Shown here: piece after piece, positions 56,901 through 61,878 of the stretch
Position numbering within the stretch: the first letter of the stretch is position 1
How the letters are laid out: every line of letters starts with the position of its first letter
Origin: Flectonema sp. DT1601
Taxonomy: Eukaryota
Direction: 5' to 3'
Length of the DNA: 61,878 nt
NCBI GenBank assembly: GCA_964019425.1
Contig: OZ025805.1
Coordinates: 1,116,001 to 1,177,878, forward strand
Position numbers and translations under genes: made by a program
The notes under the pieces: generated by a model
Told to the model about the DNA's origin: nothing
Database searches by the model: none
What the model saw: the letters and a program-made list of their open reading frames with translations, nothing else

Positions 56901-57303
56901 ATGGACGCCATTAAAATTCAGATTCCGTCGCTTTCAGAAAACATAAGAATCATTGAAAGCTTCATAGACAATGCCAAGGAGCAATACAACTTCACGGATG
57001 ATATCTATGGCAACATTATGATCGCTGTCACAGAATCAGTTAACAATGCAATTGTTCATGGTAATCAATCTGATAAATCTAAGAACGTCCATTTGTCCCT
57101 CAGTCTCGAGGACAATCAAGTAAAGTTCACCGTGGAAGATGAAGGGCCTGGTTTTGATTATGACAACCTTCCTGATCCAACTGCCCCAGAAAATATCGAG
57201 AAACCTGGGGGGCCGTGGTATCTTCTTAATGAAGAATCTTTGTGATGAGGTCTCTTTTGCAGACAACGGAAAAAAAGTAGAACTCAGCTTTTACCTACCC
57301 TAA
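56901..57303 (+). CDS. RsbW-like anti-sigma factor / HATPase_c protein; one extra G in the run at 57207-57212
   Basis: AVTESVNNAIVHGN, VEDEGPGFD. Removing one G gives GGRGIFLMKNLCDEV...YLP-stop, overlapping the ybeY start (TAATG). Confidence 0.88.
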
Positions 57304-57734
57304 TGGCACAAATCAATTTCTTTTATGAAGATACGGCCTTTGAGCTTTCTCATAAAGAAATCATCAGCTCCTGGATATCTCATACGATTATTTCAGAAAA
57401 CCACGAGCTATCAGAAATCAATTACATATTCTGCTCAGATGAATATCTACATCAAATCAACGTAGATTATCTCCAACACGATTATTACACCGACATCATC
57501 ACCTTCGATAATTCAGAAGAAGAAGGTACCGTTGAGAGCGATATTTTCGTAAGTATAGAACGAGTGCAGGACAACGCGCAGGATCAAGGCATTCCATTTG
57601 AACAAGAATTACGTCGTGTCATCATACATGGCGTGTTGCACCTTGTGGGATACAACGACAAGACAGAAGCAGAGCAAACGCTGATGAGAGAAAAAGAGAA
57701 TGCTTATTTATCTTTGCCGCAATTTCAGAGTTAA
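57303..57734 (+). CDS. ybeY: rRNA maturation endoribonuclease YbeY
   Basis: YLQHDYYTDIITFD, DIFVSIERV, RVIIHGVLHLVGYND (Bacteroidota-type). Confidence 0.95.
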   Translation: MAQINFFYEDTAFELSHKEIISSWISHTIISENHELSEINYIFCSDEYLHQINVDYLQHDYYTDIITFDNSEEEGTVESDIFVSIERVQDNAQDQGIPFEQELRRVIIHGVLHLVGYNDKTEAEQTLMREKENAYLSLPQFQS

Positions 57735-57746
57735 GAGAATTTAAAA

Positions 57747-57762
57747 CGTTTCACGTGGAACA
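57747..57762. promoter_or_regulatory. parS chromosome-partition site (15/16 match)
   Basis: CGTTTCACGTGGAACA vs consensus TGTTTCACGTGGAACA. Confidence 0.85.
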
Positions 57763-57783
57763 CATTACTGTGATTCATTCAAC

Positions 57784-57799
57784 TGTTTCACGTGGAACA
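57784..57799. promoter_or_regulatory. parS chromosome-partition site (perfect match)
   Basis: TGTTTCACGTGGAACA, the reverse complement of the canonical TGTTCCACGTGAAACA. Confidence 0.9.
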
Positions 57800-57813
57800 C
57801 AAGAATATATTTC

Positions 57814-59675
57814 ATGTTTCCACAATATGATGTAATAGTAGTTGGCGCCGGACATGCCGGTTGTGAAGCAGCAGCAGCAGCAGCAAACATGGGTTCTAAA
57901 GTCATGCTCATCACCATGAACATGAATACCATTGCACAGATGTCATGCAACCCTGCCATGGGTGGAGTAGCCAAAGGACAAATTGTAAGAGAGATAGATG
58001 CGCTTGGTGGCTATTCTGGAATCATATCAGACAAGTCAATGATTCAGTTTAGGATGCTCAATAAGTCCAAGGGTCCTGCTATGTGGAGCCCACGAACGCA
58101 GAACGATAGAATGCGTTTTGCGGAAGAATGGCGAATTGCCCTAGAGCAAACTCCCAATGTAGACTTCTGGCAAGAAATGGTATCCGGTCTTGTTGTAAAA
58201 GACAACCGTGTCATAGGAGTTCGTACCAGTATGGGACTTGAGATTATGGGAAAATCTGTAGTACTCACTAATGGAACATTTCTTAATGGGTTAATTCATA
58301 TCGGAGAAAAACGTTTTGGTGGGGGTAGAACAGGGGAGAAGGCTGCTACTGGTATCACCGAACAACTAGTAGAACTAGGCTTTGAGTCTGGAAGAATGAA
58401 AACAGGTACGCCACCCAGAGTAGATGGAAGATCTCTCAATTGGGACGTAATGGAAGAACAGCCTGGTGATGAAACCGCCGGTAAGTTTTCTTTTACAGAT
58501 ACTGAACTCTCAAGAATCAACGGCCTTGTCACATCACCTACACCAACTCCGAAGTTCATGATATTCTCAAAACTGGCTTTGAGAAATCTCCTATGTTCAC
58601 TGGAAGAATAAAAGGACTAGGACCTAGATACTGTCCATCCATTGAAGACAAAATCAACCGATTTGCAGAAAGGGATAGACATCAAATTTTTGTAGAACCA
58701 GAAGGATGGAATACTGTAGAAATCTATGTTAACGGATTCTCTACCAGTTTGCCAGAAGATGTTCAATACAAAGCCATTACTAAAATCCCTGGTTTGAAAA
58801 CGTAAAAATGTTCAGACCAGGATATGCGATTGAATACGATTACTTCCCACCTACGCAATTAGCTTCAACGCTCGAAACCAAGCTGATAGACAATCTATAT
58901 TTCGCCGGCCAGATCAATGGTACTACAGGGTATGAAGAAGCTGCAAGTCAAGTCTAATGGCAGGTATAAATGCACATAATAAAGTTCATGACAAAGAGCC
59001 CTTCGTACTAGGAAGATCCGAAGCCTATATAGGAGTACTTATAGATGATCTCATCAACAAAGGAACTGACGAACCCTATCGTATGTTCACTTTCCCGTGC
59101 AGAATTTAGAATACTTCTTCGTCAAGATAATGCCGATATTCGATTAACAGGAATTGGTCACCAGCTAGGTCTAGCCTCACAGGATCGACTTAACAATGTC
59201 AATCAAAAAATAGCAGACACAGATGAACTCATCAATCAGCTTGGCAAGATCAAAATAAAACCAGATGAGATCAATGGTAAACTCACTGAAATCAATTCAG
59301 CAACTATCAAAGAGAAAACTCCTCTTATCAATTTTTTACGAAGACCAGAGTTAGATATTCACGATGTTATCGCCTTTCATTCAGACGCTCAGGAACTAAC
59401 CAAAAACACACAGTTAGATATTCTCGAGCAGGCCTCAATACTCGTAAAGTATGAAACCTACATTGAGAAAGAAAAAAGTCTGGCTGATCAAATGGGCAAT
59501 CTCGATAACAAAAAAATCCCTCATGGATTCGACTACAGAAATATTCCTGCACTCTCCGCAGAAGCAAAAGAAAAACTTTCTAATATTAAACCCACAAATC
59601 TCGGACAAGCTTCACGAATCAGTGGAGTCAATCCAGCAGATATATCTGTAATTGATGGTCTATATGGCTCGATAA
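57814..59675 (+). CDS. mnmG: tRNA U34 carboxymethylaminomethyl modification enzyme MnmG (GidA), with several frameshifts
   Basis: [86 protein letters not shown], spread across shifting frames. Confidence 0.95.
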
Positions 59676-59678
59676 TTT

Positions 59679-60564
59679 ATGTACGAAAAAGTAGAATCCT
59701 GTCCTTCTTGTAATTCCAAAGAATTCACCAATCACATGATTTGTGACGATCACTCTGTCTCCCAAGAAAGTTTCGCAATAATGAAATGTTCTAACTGTGG
59801 GCTTTTGCTTACATCTCCTCGTCCAGGGAAGGATGACATTGGATCATATTATCAATCTGAAGATTTATATTTCACATACAAATCAGGCCAATAATCTTAT
59901 TAACCGGATTTACAAATTGGCCAGAAACTATACGCTGAGAAAAAAGTTCAAACTGATCAAAAGGCTAGCTTCTAAAAAATCTATTCTGGATTATGGTTGT
60001 GGTACGGGTCACTTGCTCAACTATATACAGCAGGACAACTCCTGGAAAACCATTGGTATCGAACCAGATGAAATGGCCAGAACTATAGCGATCAGTGATC
60101 ATGATCTTAATGTTGTAGGTTCTATTGATGATCTTCCAGATAAGAAATTTGGTATCATTACGCTGTGGCATGTACTCGAACACGTACATGATCTCAATGA
60201 AACTATTCAATCACTAAAAAAACATTTGTCGAAAAAAGGAAGGCTTGTCATTGCAGTACCCAATCACGAATCACTCGATCAGCAAAATATACCAACAGCA
60301 CTGGGCTGCCTATGACGTTCCAAGACATCTTTATCACTTCAACCAATTGACTATCAAAGAGTTGATGAAATATAATAAGTTTACCTTGGAGGAAACCTTA
60401 CCCATGAAACTCGACTCATATTATGTCAGTATGCTCAGTGAGAAACATAAAACTGGTAAAATCAACTATCTCAAATCATTTATAAATGGTTGGAAATCAA
60501 ATACTTGGGCAAGAAAAAATGACAAAACTATTCAAGTTTGATATATATATTTAAACAAGCATGA
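59679..60564 (+). CDS. Class I SAM-dependent methyltransferase with an N-terminal Zn-ribbon, frameshifted
   Basis: CPSC...CSNC, ILDYGCGTG, ITLWHVLEHV, IAVPN, WAAYDVPRHLYHF. The corrected stop overlaps the next ATG (ATGA). Confidence 0.88.
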
Positions 60565-61878
60565 GATCCCTATTTCCCCTTTTCTTAATTCTAACTTCCT
60601 TATATATCTATTCTTGTGCGAACCAAGGGTCACCATCGGGTGGTCCCAGAGATACCATACCTCCACTATTAATTGAAACGACGCCAGCCAACAAATCAAT
60701 AGAATTCAAAGGGCAGGAATTTCAATTCATATTTGATGAAAGAGTTAATGCGATAAACTCAAAGTCAACTACTCATCACACCTCATATTGAAAACAAATT
60801 CAATGTGAAAGTTCGAAAAAATGAACTCACTTTAGCATTGATGACCCCTTTAATGACAGTACAACTTTCACCTTAAACTTCTCAGATGGTGTGGTCGATG
60901 TCACAGAAAAAAATCCTGCCGTCAATTTAAGTTTCGCCTTCTCGACTGGGGACTACATAGATTCCATATACGTAAATGGAAAAATAACTGATCTGTACAC
61001 CAACGAAGACAAGAAGGTTTTGTAGTTGGCCTCTATCAAATTACTGACTCAATCGATCTTCTAAAAGATAAACCCAGATACTTCGCAAAAACCAATGAAC
61101 AAGGACAATTCCTTATTGAGAACATCAAGAATGACTACTACAAAAATCCTTACCTTCAATGACGTTAATAAAAACCTAATACTCAATCCTGAGACCGAAG
61201 ATCATGGTTTTCTATCCGATTCAATTGATCTTACTCTTTCACGTGATTCCGTTCGCATCCCAACCCAGCTGATTAACGCCACCGAATTTGAATTTGTCAG
61301 ATCAAAAACAACCGGTAGATATTTCGACATCCAGTACAATAAACCACTTATTGAATACCATCTCTCAAAAATCGACTCAACCAATAACCTTCCTATACCT
61401 CCTTACAATCGAGTGAAAGGAAATAAGATATTAAGATTCTATCCACGTGAAACATTTCAATATGATATAGATAGTTTAGGTCTGATCGTTTCCGCTACAG
61501 ACAGTATGCTCAATCGGACCCTTGATACTGCCTATGTCAAATTCACCGAGACCTCTCGTAAACCTGAATCATTCAACGCCAATTTCTCGCCTTCAGACAA
61601 TGACTATGTAGATCCTTTGGTTCATCACACCTATACCTTTGATAAACCCATTGAAACATTCTATCAAGACAGCATATTCATAAACTATGACACACTCAAA
61701 ACAGAACTCTTACCTGACAGTACCATTTCATGGAATAACAATAAAACCCGACTTACTTTTGACATTCTTTTAGACAAGGACTTTCTTCAAAATGAAATAG
61801 ACACCCTACTCAAAATAATATGCTGACACTACTCAAATTGATACACTTGCTGTTGAAACTGACACGGCTCAAGTTGAC
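60561..61878 (+). CDS. Bacteroidota Ig-like (Big_5) domain lipoprotein; frameshifted and running off the window
   Basis: Lipoprotein signal and SCANQGSPSGGPRDTIPP, FDERV, TFTLNFSDGVVDVTEKNP. Confidence 0.8.

Noticed and set aside
57814..61878. Programmed frameshifting or true pseudogenisation of the bacterial genes
   Set aside because: Indels are numerous, hit nearly every gene and favour homopolymers, which fits sequencing error better.

Overview
This window is chimeric. Bases 1 to ~53,570 are AT-rich nuclear DNA from a flagellated protist, most likely a euglenozoan such as a diplonemid (inference). About 23 protein genes lie head-to-tail on the + strand, separated by poly(A)/poly(T)-rich spacers. 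They include a stand-alone glutamine-dependent carbamoyl-phosphate synthetase, VMA21, a U-box protein, CFAP45, steroid 5-alpha-reductase, a short RPN3, an actin-like protein, a cyclophilin, a mitochondrial carrier, an ABHD hydrolase, peroxisomal carnitine acetyltransferase, a HAD phosphatase and TANGO2. Nine short GT-AG introns were reconstructed by hand; all have GT(A/G/T)TG donors and A/C-rich rather than polypyrimidine acceptors. A 5'-truncated, frameshifted Ingi/I-type non-LTR retrotransposon follows (51.1-53.5 kb), with an unusual ~75-aa, possibly PDZ-like insertion in its RT. From ~53,600 to the end is Bacteroidota (Cytophagales-like) chromosomal DNA: DUF4175, an RsbW-like ATPase, ybeY, two parS sites, mnmG, a methyltransferase and an Ig-like lipoprotein, with many single-base indels. 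A degenerate nanopore-adapter-like motif at the junction suggests a chimeric read rather than HGT. All calls are from manual reading; no searches were run.
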